A program made the translations under genes and the position numbers. This document shows, piece by piece, positions 1 through 7,153 of a DNA stretch of 32,000 bases. The notes below the pieces were generated by a model, which saw only the letters and a program-made list of their open reading frames with translations, ran no database searches and had not been told where the DNA came from. The stretch is from NCBI GenBank assembly GCA_027460535.1, contig JAPZAR010000010.1, positions 150,001 through 182,000 of the forward strand. The letters run 5' to 3'. Source of the stretch: Candidatus Methanoperedens sp. Its GTDB lineage: Archaea > Halobacteriota > Methanosarcinia > Methanosarcinales > Methanoperedenaceae. The first letter of the stretch is position 1. Each line of letters starts with the position of its first letter.

Positions 1-332
1 TCTCGAGGAGTTCTCAACCTTTCGAATTTAGATATTTTAATCCAGGTAGAACTTGGATCATGTTTCCCACCATCTGAAAAATATCCATTAAAGCACTGTT
101 GCCTGAAAGGAGGAATAAATTGATGTTCATTTTTCATTTCTTTTAATCTATCCCTGCTTATCACCCACTCCACTTTGCACTTCCACTCGACATTCCCAGA
201 AATGGTGGTATAAACATACCCATCAAAAGGTCCTTTCAACTCTGTTCTTTTTGCCGCAGAATCCCAATAAACAGCGCCCTTTTTTCTTAGGAACCTTAGA
301 TTTTCTTCTACATCAGCCTCTTCACGAGGCAT
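1..332 (-). CDS. hypothetical protein, N-terminal part only (gene runs off the left edge)
   Basis: Absent from the ORF track because no stop is reached. ATG at 332-330 (GAGG 11 nt upstream) opens an uninterrupted minus-strand frame to position 1, about 110 codons (MPREEADVEENLRFLRKKGAVYWDS...STWIKISKFERLRTP). An in-frame TAA lies just upstream of the ATG. No family recognised. Confidence 0.35.
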   Translation of the reverse strand, partial: MPREEADVEENLRFLRKKGAVYWDSAAKRTELKGPFDGYVYTTISGNVEWKCKVEWVISRDRLKEMKNEHQFIPPFRQQCFNGYFSDGGKHDPSSTWIKISKFERLRTPR

Positions 333-407
333 ACCTGGCCCAGCCTCATTTAGATTGGCTGGCCATAAAATCGCATTTGTATATCTTCCCCCTTCAATTT
401 ATGCACA

Positions 408-905
408 TTACGTCATCTCAAACTTTTCGAACCTCTCCTTCTTTGCCCTGCATATCGGACAAAGGTCAGGGGGCTCTTCCCGCGCGCAGAGATATCCGCA
501 TACGGTGCACCTGTAAACTTCGGCCATTTCATTTCCTCCTGCTCCTTCTTGTTCTGCCATAGCCGGATAGCCTTTCTCATAATATTCCTGCGGCCTCCGC
601 TCCGGAATGGGATTGCGCGGCTTCTTACCTGCGATCCAGTCATCGCTCACATAAAGAACGCACAGGCAGCAGCCATACTCCACGATATCGGCATCGCGGT
701 AGTTGCACGGGCAGACGATATCCATATCATCTGCAAGGACACCGCCTGCCATCCTGCAGGGACACGATGGGTATCCGTACCTGTGGATATTCTCCCACAG
801 GCCATCGAGGACATCATCAAGTTCCTGCTGGACAGGGTTGAACTGGTAGCCCTCCTCTTCCGCGATCTTTTTCATTTCATCGAACATGTCATCAATATTT
901 CTCAT
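408..905 (-). CDS. ferredoxin:thioredoxin/disulfide reductase catalytic-subunit-like domain fused to a C-terminal rubredoxin domain
   Basis: FTR-catalytic Cys pattern CPCR...CPC...CCLC (the canonical third element is CHC). The C-terminal YRCTVCGY...CPICRAKKERFEKF is a rubredoxin CxxC...CxxC knuckle pair. Start overlaps the upstream stop by 4 nt (ATGA at 902-905). Confidence 0.8.
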   Translation of the reverse strand: MRNIDDMFDEMKKIAEEEGYQFNPVQQELDDVLDGLWENIHRYGYPSCPCRMAGGVLADDMDIVCPCNYRDADIVEYGCCLCVLYVSDDWIAGKKPRNPIPERRPQEYYEKGYPAMAEQEGAGGNEMAEVYRCTVCGYLCAREEPPDLCPICRAKKERFEKFEMT

Positions 906-1156
906 AACCCGAGTGCCTCTTTCAATTCATCCTCGTAGAACCCCACGATCACTTTTTTCCCGATCACGATCGTAGGAAAACGCAAGCCACCGCTGAGTTT
1001 CATTACCTCTGCACGGATTTCATCCCTCTCTTTGCCATCCAATTTATCCACGTCCACATAGTCATAATCAATCCCGTGTTCTTTCAAAAATCGCTTTGTA
1101 GCCCTGCAATGCATGCAGGTGCTAAGCGTGTAGAGTTTTGCTTTTATCTTTTTCAT
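902..1156 (-). CDS. glutaredoxin-like / small thioredoxin-fold protein
   Basis: 84 aa with an N-terminal beta-strand followed by the active-site-like CMHC (LYTLSTCMHCRATKRFL). The C-terminal FPTIVIGKKVIVGF is typical of the Grx/NrdH fold. ATGA overlaps at both ends. Confidence 0.75.
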   Translation of the reverse strand: MKKIKAKLYTLSTCMHCRATKRFLKEHGIDYDYVDVDKLDGKERDEIRAEVMKLSGGLRFPTIVIGKKVIVGFYEDELKEALGL

Positions 1157-2115
1157 GGTCCGTGCATCTCCTTATGTTCCTCGGTAACAGCATGATGCTC
1201 TTCCGGCAATTCAATTTCGCATACTTCCGGTGCGCCTTTTTCATTATAGTGCAGGTTCCATTTCTTGCAGACCCACATCTGGAGCGTCTTTATGTCTTCC
1301 TCGCTCATGTGCCTGAACCTGCCCTGCATCATGATATAATCTTTAACTGATTTCATTTTCCCTGGTTTATAGGTGATCCTTTTCTCACCGTTCTCAACTT
1401 CGTACAAAGTCCACATCCCGCTCTCAACCGCGCGCTTTGTGACTTCCACGGTCTTGGAAGGGTCCATCTTCCATCCAGGAATGCATGGCGTGAACATGTG
1501 GAGGAAGCGGAAGCCTTTGATATCCTTAGCCTTCTCGACCTTCCTTATGAAATCAAGAGGATGGCCGATGGAAAGCGTTGCATAATATGGTATCTCATGT
1601 GCTACCACGATATCACCAAGGTTTTTCTTGAAACGCCTGTTCCCCTGGATCTTGCTGCCTACCGGGGTGGTCGTGGTCCACGCGCCGAACGGCGTCCCTC
1701 CGCTTCGCTGTATCCCTGTGTTCATGTACGCCTCGTTATCAAGACATATGTAAAGCACATCATCATTGCGCTCCGCCGCTCCTGACATACTCTGCAGGCC
1801 TATGTCATATGTCCCGCCGTCACCGGCAAACCCGACAGTAATGACTTTTTTTCCTTTTTGCTCAAATGCCGCCTGCATGCCCGTCAGGCATGCGCCTGTG
1901 TTCTCAAATGCCGTGTGGAAAAAAGGCACTTTCCATGCACCGTACGGGAATGTGGTACCGAACACAACTGCACAACTTGCGGGGACATACACAGATGTCT
2001 CCTTTCCAAGAACCCGAATTGCATTCCGGATGGACATCGCGACCCCGCATCCGGGACAGGCTGTATGGCCCGCTGTGAACAGGTTTTCATCAGAGAGTGT
2101 CTTGATCGTTATCAA
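1153..2115 (-). CDS. 2-oxoacid:ferredoxin oxidoreductase, beta (TPP-binding) subunit
   Basis: N-terminal GHTACPGCG motif and GDGG TPP-binding motif (GFAGDGGTYDIGLQ). Length is typical of PorB/VorB-type subunits. The start as tracked is TTG, overlapping the alpha stop (TTGA). Substrate (pyruvate, 2-oxoisovalerate or 2-oxoglutarate) is not determinable by eye. Confidence 0.9.
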   Translation of the reverse strand: MITIKTLSDENLFTAGHTACPGCGVAMSIRNAIRVLGKETSVYVPASCAVVFGTTFPYGAWKVPFFHTAFENTGACLTGMQAAFEQKGKKVITVGFAGDGGTYDIGLQSMSGAAERNDDVLYICLDNEAYMNTGIQRSGGTPFGAWTTTTPVGSKIQGNRRFKKNLGDIVVAHEIPYYATLSIGHPLDFIRKVEKAKDIKGFRFLHMFTPCIPGWKMDPSKTVEVTKRAVESGMWTLYEVENGEKRITYKPGKMKSVKDYIMMQGRFRHMSEEDIKTLQMWVCKKWNLHYNEKGAPEVCEIELPEEHHAVTEEHKEMHGP

Positions 2116-3284
2116 AGGCTCTCACCTCGCGTGTTATGCCAGTTCACGGGCTTCACTTTTTCACCCTTCGCCGCTTTCAGGGTTATCTCGAACATATCCC
2201 TTATCTGCTCCTTAGTCACATCCCTTCCTCCGAGGCCCGCAAGATGATTAACGATCGGTATCGACATACCATAAAGAGCAGAGCGCACCTCGTTGCATGC
2301 AGGTCCTCCGCCATGGTATGATATCGAACGATCGAAAACTCCGGCAGCGCTTACGTTTGACAGCGCTTCCCTCAATTCCTCATTTGGAAATGGCCTGAAG
2401 AACCTTAGCTTGATGAGTCCGGCTTTTTTCCCTTCTTTCCTTAACTCATCCACCACTTCGCGCGACGTACTTGTGACAGTGCCCATGGTGATCAATGCTA
2501 CCTCTGCATCATCCATCCGGTATTTTTCGATCATGCCGCCATAATTTCTTCCAAATACTTTCGCAAATTCATCGTTTATCTCCCCGATCACTTTTTTTGC
2601 GGATTCAACAGCACCTGCGGTCTGCCTGCGCAGTTCCATTATGTACTCGGCTGGCATGAACGTCCCTATCATCGCCGGTCTTTTCGGATCAAGGATAATA
2701 TCGGGTGTATAGGCAGGCAAAAATGAATCCACATCCTGCTGCGCCGGGACATCCACGGGTTCGACCGTATGGGTGAGCACAAAACCATCAAGGCAAGGCA
2801 TTACAGGAAGCAGTACGCGTTTATCCTCGGCTATCCTGTAGGACTGGATTACCATGTCCAGAGCCTCCTGGTTATCTTCTACATAAACCTGGAGCCATCC
2901 CGAATCACGCGCCCCCATGGAATCATTATATTCACACCAGATGCCGGGCGGACCGCCAAGAGTGCGGCTGGCATTCGCCATCACGACCGGAAGCCGCAGG
3001 GGCGCTGTAGCATAAAGCATCTCGTGCATGAAGGCAAGCCCCTGGGAAGAAGTTGCCGTGAACACCCTTGCCCCGGCTGCAGAAGCAGCAGCAGCCGCGC
3101 TCATAACGCTGTGCTCGGATTCCATAGTGAGAAATTTTGCGTCCAGTTCCCCATCATTCACAAAATCCGCGATATGTTCGATGATGAGCGTCTGCGGTGT
3201 GATCGGATATGCCGGCACTACCTCTACGCGGCAGAGTTTTGCGCCCAGAGCGACAGCATGGTCGCCCGTGATGACTTTCATCAT
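2112..3284 (-). CDS. 2-oxoacid:ferredoxin oxidoreductase, alpha subunit
   Basis: [31 protein letters not shown]... is a classic PorA/VorA N-terminus. I place the start at ATG 3284 (ATGA overlap with the gamma-delta stop at 3281-3283) rather than at the ORF-track 3323. Confidence 0.9.
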   Translation of the reverse strand: MMKVITGDHAVALGAKLCRVEVVPAYPITPQTLIIEHIADFVNDGELDAKFLTMESEHSVMSAAAAASAAGARVFTATSSQGLAFMHEMLYATAPLRLPVVMANASRTLGGPPGIWCEYNDSMGARDSGWLQVYVEDNQEALDMVIQSYRIAEDKRVLLPVMPCLDGFVLTHTVEPVDVPAQQDVDSFLPAYTPDIILDPKRPAMIGTFMPAEYIMELRRQTAGAVESAKKVIGEINDEFAKVFGRNYGGMIEKYRMDDAEVALITMGTVTSTSREVVDELRKEGKKAGLIKLRFFRPFPNEELREALSNVSAAGVFDRSISYHGGGPACNEVRSALYGMSIPIVNHLAGLGGRDVTKEQIRDMFEITLKAAKGEKVKPVNWHNTRGESL

Positions 3285-4180
3285 ACCCTCGCCCTCACCA
3301 TTTTTATTGCGTCCACCGGGCATTCATTGGCGCACACGCCGCATCCTTTGCAGTAATCATAATTGGTCATGAGGTCTCCCCTGTCGGAGATGCGCACGAT
3401 GGTCCCTTCTGGGCAATAGAACCAGCACAAAAGGCACATGGTGCATTTTTCTTTATCGCGCAGCGGGCGGAACGTTGCCCAGCCCATGACCTTGTTCTCG
3501 ATAAAACTCCCAGGGCCTATAAGCCCGGCGTCTGTTTTTCCCTCAATGAGGGCGCCACCTACAGGGAGATCCTGGTACGCTGGAAGCCATTGCTTTTTCG
3601 GTTCAAGTTTCTTAATCCCCTTGCTTTTCCCTGTAACAGTTCTTTCATACGCTGTCCTTGCTGCAAGGGCGTTCCTCTCCCCGACCTTTTCACCGAGTTT
3701 TTCACCAAACCTTCTCTTGATAGCCTCCTCCAGCGATTCGAGCTTGATAATCCCCGTCACTTTCGCAAATGCACCGAGGATGGCAGTGTTGGTTATAGGG
3801 GCTTTCAGTATCTCAAGCGCCACAGAGGTCGCATTTACCGCCCCCGTTTGAATACTGACACCGAGGTCTATGTCCTCCGGTCTATCCTTCGAATTTATGA
3901 CTACCGAGCCCCCGGGTTTCAGACCCGATACGACATCTATGGTATCAAGAAGGGAATCGTCAAGAACTACGACGCAATCCGGAGAATATACCTGCGTTTT
4001 GCTGAATATCTTTTTGGCGTCTATTCTCGTAAATGCAAGAACAGGCGCGCCCCGTCTTTCCGCTCCGAAAAAAGGAAAAGCTACCGCATAATTCCCTTCG
4101 ATTACGGCTGCCTCAGCAAGCGCCTGGGCAGCCATGACGGCACCCTGCCCTCCCCTGCCGTGAAAGCGCACTTCAAACAT
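3281..4180 (-). CDS. 2-oxoacid:ferredoxin oxidoreductase, fused gamma-delta subunit
   Basis: The N-terminus [19 protein letters not shown] is a gamma-subunit signature. The C-terminal 90 aa carry two ferredoxin motifs ([12 protein letters not shown] and [12 protein letters not shown]), matching the delta subunit. The gamma-delta-alpha-beta gene order is the archaeal por/vor order. Confidence 0.9.
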   Translation of the reverse strand: MFEVRFHGRGGQGAVMAAQALAEAAVIEGNYAVAFPFFGAERRGAPVLAFTRIDAKKIFSKTQVYSPDCVVVLDDSLLDTIDVVSGLKPGGSVVINSKDRPEDIDLGVSIQTGAVNATSVALEILKAPITNTAILGAFAKVTGIIKLESLEEAIKRRFGEKLGEKVGERNALAARTAYERTVTGKSKGIKKLEPKKQWLPAYQDLPVGGALIEGKTDAGLIGPGSFIENKVMGWATFRPLRDKEKCTMCLLCWFYCPEGTIVRISDRGDLMTNYDYCKGCGVCANECPVDAIKMVRARV

Positions 4181-4186
4181 GCACTC

Positions 4187-4417
4187 TTACTCACATGCAC
4201 CCGGCATTAAGATATTGCCGCATTCCTGGCAAACGAATCTTGGCAGACCTTTCTTCAGTACCTTGACTGGCGCCGGGTATCCCCCCTGCCATATCGGCAG
4301 ATCGATCCTGTGAGCATGTTCCATGCAAAGTCCCTTTCCGCACATTATACAAAGGGCAACAGCTTCCTCAGTAGACCCCTGGTCTGCACATTCATAGCAT
4401 TTCAACATAACAATCAC
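4187..4417 (-). CDS. small Cys-rich metal-binding protein (DUF2180-like), paralog B
   Basis: Pattern CYEC-x14-CIMCGKGLCMEH-x(n)-CQEC. Paralogous to the adjacent gene. The tracked start is GTG 4417 (GTGA overlap); the true start may be ATG 4408 (MLKCYEC). Confidence 0.6.
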   Translation of the reverse strand: MIVMLKCYECADQGSTEEAVALCIMCGKGLCMEHAHRIDLPIWQGGYPAPVKVLKKGLPRFVCQECGNILMPGACE

Positions 4418-4665
4418 CAGTTCTCCTTTAAGGCTTCATGACACGGCTGGCAGAGTATCCTTTTCATTTTCTCGATATCCTTTTCAAGTCTCACAGGATA
4501 ATCTCCTTTCCATACAGGCGTTTCTTCGTAGATCGCGTGATCCATGCATACGCCCATTCCGCAAACGATACATGCAGCCACAGCATCAACATCTTTACCC
4601 ATTTTAGCGCACAAATAACATTTCAAATCATTCACTCTCCTCTTCACTTGCCATAAGTCCTTCAC
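4414..4665 (-). CDS. small Cys-rich metal-binding protein (DUF2180-like), paralog A
   Basis: Pattern CYLC-x14-CIVCGMGVCMDH-x(n)-CQPCH. The tracked start (GTG 4665) overlaps the McrC 3' end by 38 nt. A downstream in-frame GTG (VNDLKCYLC) would reduce the overlap to 8 nt, so the start is uncertain. Confidence 0.6.
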   Translation of the reverse strand: MKDLWQVKRRVNDLKCYLCAKMGKDVDAVAACIVCGMGVCMDHAIYEETPVWKGDYPVRLEKDIEKMKRILCQPCHEALKENW

Positions 4666-5317
4666 TTATCAACAGGTCGCTCCTGACAGCATGGGTCTCC
4701 TCAATCCTCTGGCTCAATTCGTAGCGAATCACTTTAGCCAGTTCATTCAGGTTACCCCTCGAACATGTCTCGCCCCTGGTTATGCCGCTTACAATAGCGA
4801 CCACAGTGCCTTCTGTTTCTGGGTTTTTCGGTCTTATGTATTTTGTCTTTATCCCCGCTTTTGCAAAATCCTCATAATCGATAGGATATTCACAGGCTAT
4901 GACGGCAGGTATGTTGACATATTTCAGTATCTTCTTGGTTTTTAATACTATGTGGGAATTAACATTACCCATGTGTATCAGCACAAGTTTGTGCCTGGCT
5001 ATCTGCTCTATCTCCTTCGCCGTCAGCCCGAATGAAGCACCATAACCTTTTGAAGCTGTGGTGCTCCCAACTTCGTCCATGGGAACCCCTGCCCCAGCCT
5101 CGAGCACCAGAACGCTTACCTGGATTCCCTCCCTTCGAAGCCCGTAGGTGATCTCACACACCGGTTTGGTGATATGCCTCCGCCCCGGCGTCATAGCGAT
5201 CGCAACAACATCTGGCCTTGCTGCCTCGGACAGGGTACCGCGCTGGGCAATGCCGCCCCCGCGCCCAAGTCCCATGGCTTCCCTGCAATCGACCAGCTGT
5301 GTATCCCTTCCAATCAT
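4628..5317 (-). CDS. mcrC: methyl-coenzyme M reductase operon protein C family (McrC / methanogenesis-marker-7-like)
   Basis: MIGRDTQLVDCREAMGLGRGGGIAQRGT...MTPGRRHITKPVCEITYGLRREGIQVSVLVLEAG...LIHMGNVNSHIV matches the conserved McrC core as I recall it from methanogen McrC. Start placed at ATG 5317, which forms an ATGA overlap with the upstream stop (5314-5316). The ORF track starts at 5344. Confidence 0.75.
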   Translation of the reverse strand: MIGRDTQLVDCREAMGLGRGGGIAQRGTLSEAARPDVVAIAMTPGRRHITKPVCEITYGLRREGIQVSVLVLEAGAGVPMDEVGSTTASKGYGASFGLTAKEIEQIARHKLVLIHMGNVNSHIVLKTKKILKYVNIPAVIACEYPIDYEDFAKAGIKTKYIRPKNPETEGTVVAIVSGITRGETCSRGNLNELAKVIRYELSQRIEETHAVRSDLLISEGLMASEEESE

Positions 5318-5733
5318 TTCTTTATACCGAGCGTGGTTTCCCACGTATCTGCATGGCCTTCCTCATCAGAGAGGATTTCTTCGAGCATGAGTCTTGTTGT
5401 GGGGTCACCCTCCTGGATCGCAAGCTTGATATGCTCTTTATATTGGTTGATCGCCCCGTTCTCTTTTGCGAGGTCATCCTGGATCATTTTCTTTAGATCC
5501 CCGCCTTCTACGATCGGTGATGGTTTCTTCGTCGGGGTCCCGCCGAGGTACACTATGCGTTCACCCAGCTTTTCAGCGTGCTTCATCTCATCCTTGGCCG
5601 TCGATTTGAATATCTCAAGTATTGCGGCACTCTCCATCCCCTCCCCCTCATAATGGTGCTTCATATACTGTATTATTGCGCTCAACTCATCTTCCCGATC
5701 TTTGTTCAATGCGTCAATTATTTTGTTGCTCAT
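5314..5733 (-). CDS. bacterioferritin-like ferritin-family protein
   Basis: Di-iron ligand pattern E(18)...DEMKHAEKL...SDEEGHADTW. DEMKHA is identical to the E. coli Bfr ferroxidase/haem-Met region. A strong SD (GGGAGGAG) lies 2 nt upstream of the ATG. Confidence 0.75.
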   Translation of the reverse strand: MSNKIIDALNKDREDELSAIIQYMKHHYEGEGMESAAILEIFKSTAKDEMKHAEKLGERIVYLGGTPTKKPSPIVEGGDLKKMIQDDLAKENGAINQYKEHIKLAIQEGDPTTRLMLEEILSDEEGHADTWETTLGIKK

Positions 5734-5752
5734 AACTCCTCCCTGTTGTTAG

Positions 5753-5771
5753 TTCATTGATAATCAATGAA
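5753..5771. promoter_or_regulatory. 19-bp perfect palindrome TTCATTGAT-A-ATCAATGAA (Fur/PerR-box-like core TGATAATCA) downstream of a TATA-like TTAAAATA
   Basis: Directly visible perfect 9+1+9 inverted repeat in the 64-nt gap between the AhpD-like gene and the bfr-like gene. On the coding (minus) strand a TATA-like element (complement of about 5779-5786) sits immediately upstream, so the palindrome would cover the expected transcription start. Confidence 0.35.
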
Positions 5772-5797
5772 TACTAAAGTATTTTAACCTTTTTTAG

Positions 5798-6193
5798 TTA
5801 CCTCGGTCTTCTGCCGGGGGTACAACCATGGCCACCGTGCCCTTCTTTACCCTGCAGCATGTTCAGGGCTTTCCTGCACGATGCCACGCCCGGGGCTCCT
5901 GATGTTATGAAAATGACATTCATCGTTTCCATAATCTCTTCCTTCGTGGCGCCGTGGTTCAAAGCGCTCCTCATCTGTGATTCGCAGCATACATCGCATC
6001 TCTGCGATGCCATAACCGCAAGTGACATCAGAACTTTAACCTTTGCTGGGAGGGCACCATCCTCCTGTATCCCGTCATCGCATTTCTTGTAATGCTCGAA
6101 CAATTCCGGATTCATCTCCTCCATCATGTTCATGATCTCAGGGGTGAATCCCATCTTACCGTCGATGCTTTCGATTACTTTCTTTGGTTCCAT
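5798..6193 (-). CDS. carboxymuconolactone decarboxylase / AhpD-like family protein
   Basis: LPAKVKVLMSLAVMASQRCDVCCESQMRSALNHGATKEEIMETM is an AhpD/CMD-fold helix pair with CxxC. Start placed at ATG 6193 (GGGAG 9 nt upstream); the ORF track starts at 6217. Confidence 0.7.
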   Translation of the reverse strand: MEPKKVIESIDGKMGFTPEIMNMMEEMNPELFEHYKKCDDGIQEDGALPAKVKVLMSLAVMASQRCDVCCESQMRSALNHGATKEEIMETMNVIFITSGAPGVASCRKALNMLQGKEGHGGHGCTPGRRPR

Positions 6194-6223
6194 TATTATT
6201 TTCTCCCATATTATCATTGTTCA

Positions 6224-6610
6224 TTATTGATTTAATCCTTTTCCTAAATTCGAAAGGATCTCACTTATTCCTGTCTTGTGCCTTTTTTCGTCTTGCATCG
6301 ACTGCTCAAAAAAATGGGATGCCTCTTTATTACCCTCTGCCTTCGCAATTATTGCGGCCTCTGCCTTGTCTTTTTCTGCCCTTATTTCACCCGCCAGCAT
6401 CGCCACCAGGTTCGTTCTTGTATCCTTCACCTTGCCAAGAAGGTTTGCAAACTCAGCGGCATGCGCAGCTTCGTCCATTGCCACATCGAATAGATAGGAT
6501 GCTATTTCAAGATGTCCTTCCTGTTCTGCCTTACGGGACATCGCGATATACAGGGCGATATCGTTGGATTCCGAGTCGAAGGTCTTTTCCATTATATCTA
6601 CAGTTTGCAT
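6224..6610 (-). CDS. rubrerythrin-family di-iron protein lacking the rubredoxin domain
   Basis: Two E...ExxH motifs (EQEGH...DEAAHAAEF and EAS...QDEKRH) in a 128-aa four-helix-bundle-sized protein. No C-terminal CxxC pairs. Confidence 0.7.
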   Translation of the reverse strand: MQTVDIMEKTFDSESNDIALYIAMSRKAEQEGHLEIASYLFDVAMDEAAHAAEFANLLGKVKDTRTNLVAMLAGEIRAEKDKAEAAIIAKAEGNKEASHFFEQSMQDEKRHKTGISEILSNLGKGLNQ

Positions 6611-7023
6611 GTTGCCACCTCCACTATCTTTTTTAAGGCATCCTCTGCCTCCACCGCGAGCCCATTCAGTTCATCATAACCCGAAAGAGAACTTGCCGTG
6701 CTCAATGCAACCGTGGGTCTGTACAGCGAGATCTTCGTTTTCCCTTTGTCAGCATATACCACTATCTTGCAGGGAAGGATGAGACCTGCCTGCTTGTTTA
6801 TCGAAAGCCCCCTGTGGGCAAGAACCGGATTGCAGACATCCATTATAATATAATCGTCGTATTCTATTTTGAGTTTCTCTGCCAGGATCTTTCTTACATC
6901 GATCACGCTCAACACTCCCCATTTGTTGTCCATCAGATCTTTTGTAAGCTTTTCCACGGCGGATTTTACACTCAATTTTGATTCTCTTGTGTAATCAATC
7001 ATCACTTCCATCTCCGTATGCAT
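6598..7023 (-). CDS. DUF302 domain protein
   Basis: WGVLSVIDVRKILAEKL...YIIMDVCNPVLAHRGL...AGLILPCKIVVY is the characteristic DUF302 core. The exact start is ambiguous (several Met in the first 8 codons). Confidence 0.65.
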   Translation of the reverse strand: MHTEMEVMIDYTRESKLSVKSAVEKLTKDLMDNKWGVLSVIDVRKILAEKLKIEYDDYIIMDVCNPVLAHRGLSINKQAGLILPCKIVVYADKGKTKISLYRPTVALSTASSLSGYDELNGLAVEAEDALKKIVEVATCKL

Positions 7024-7153
7024 GTATGTGATTCATAGACAATAAACAATATGGTTTTAAGAACAAAATATCGGTCTTACTGAAAACTATTTGAAAAGAG
7101 TAATATACCCTGAACAATAATATAATACTAAGTGCAATCCAGAAAATATTACA

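Noticed and set aside
251-938. Plus-strand ORFs 251-562 and 549-938
   Set aside because: They are antisense to the FTR-like/rubredoxin gene and to the partial minus-strand ORF. Their composition is typical of shadow frames.
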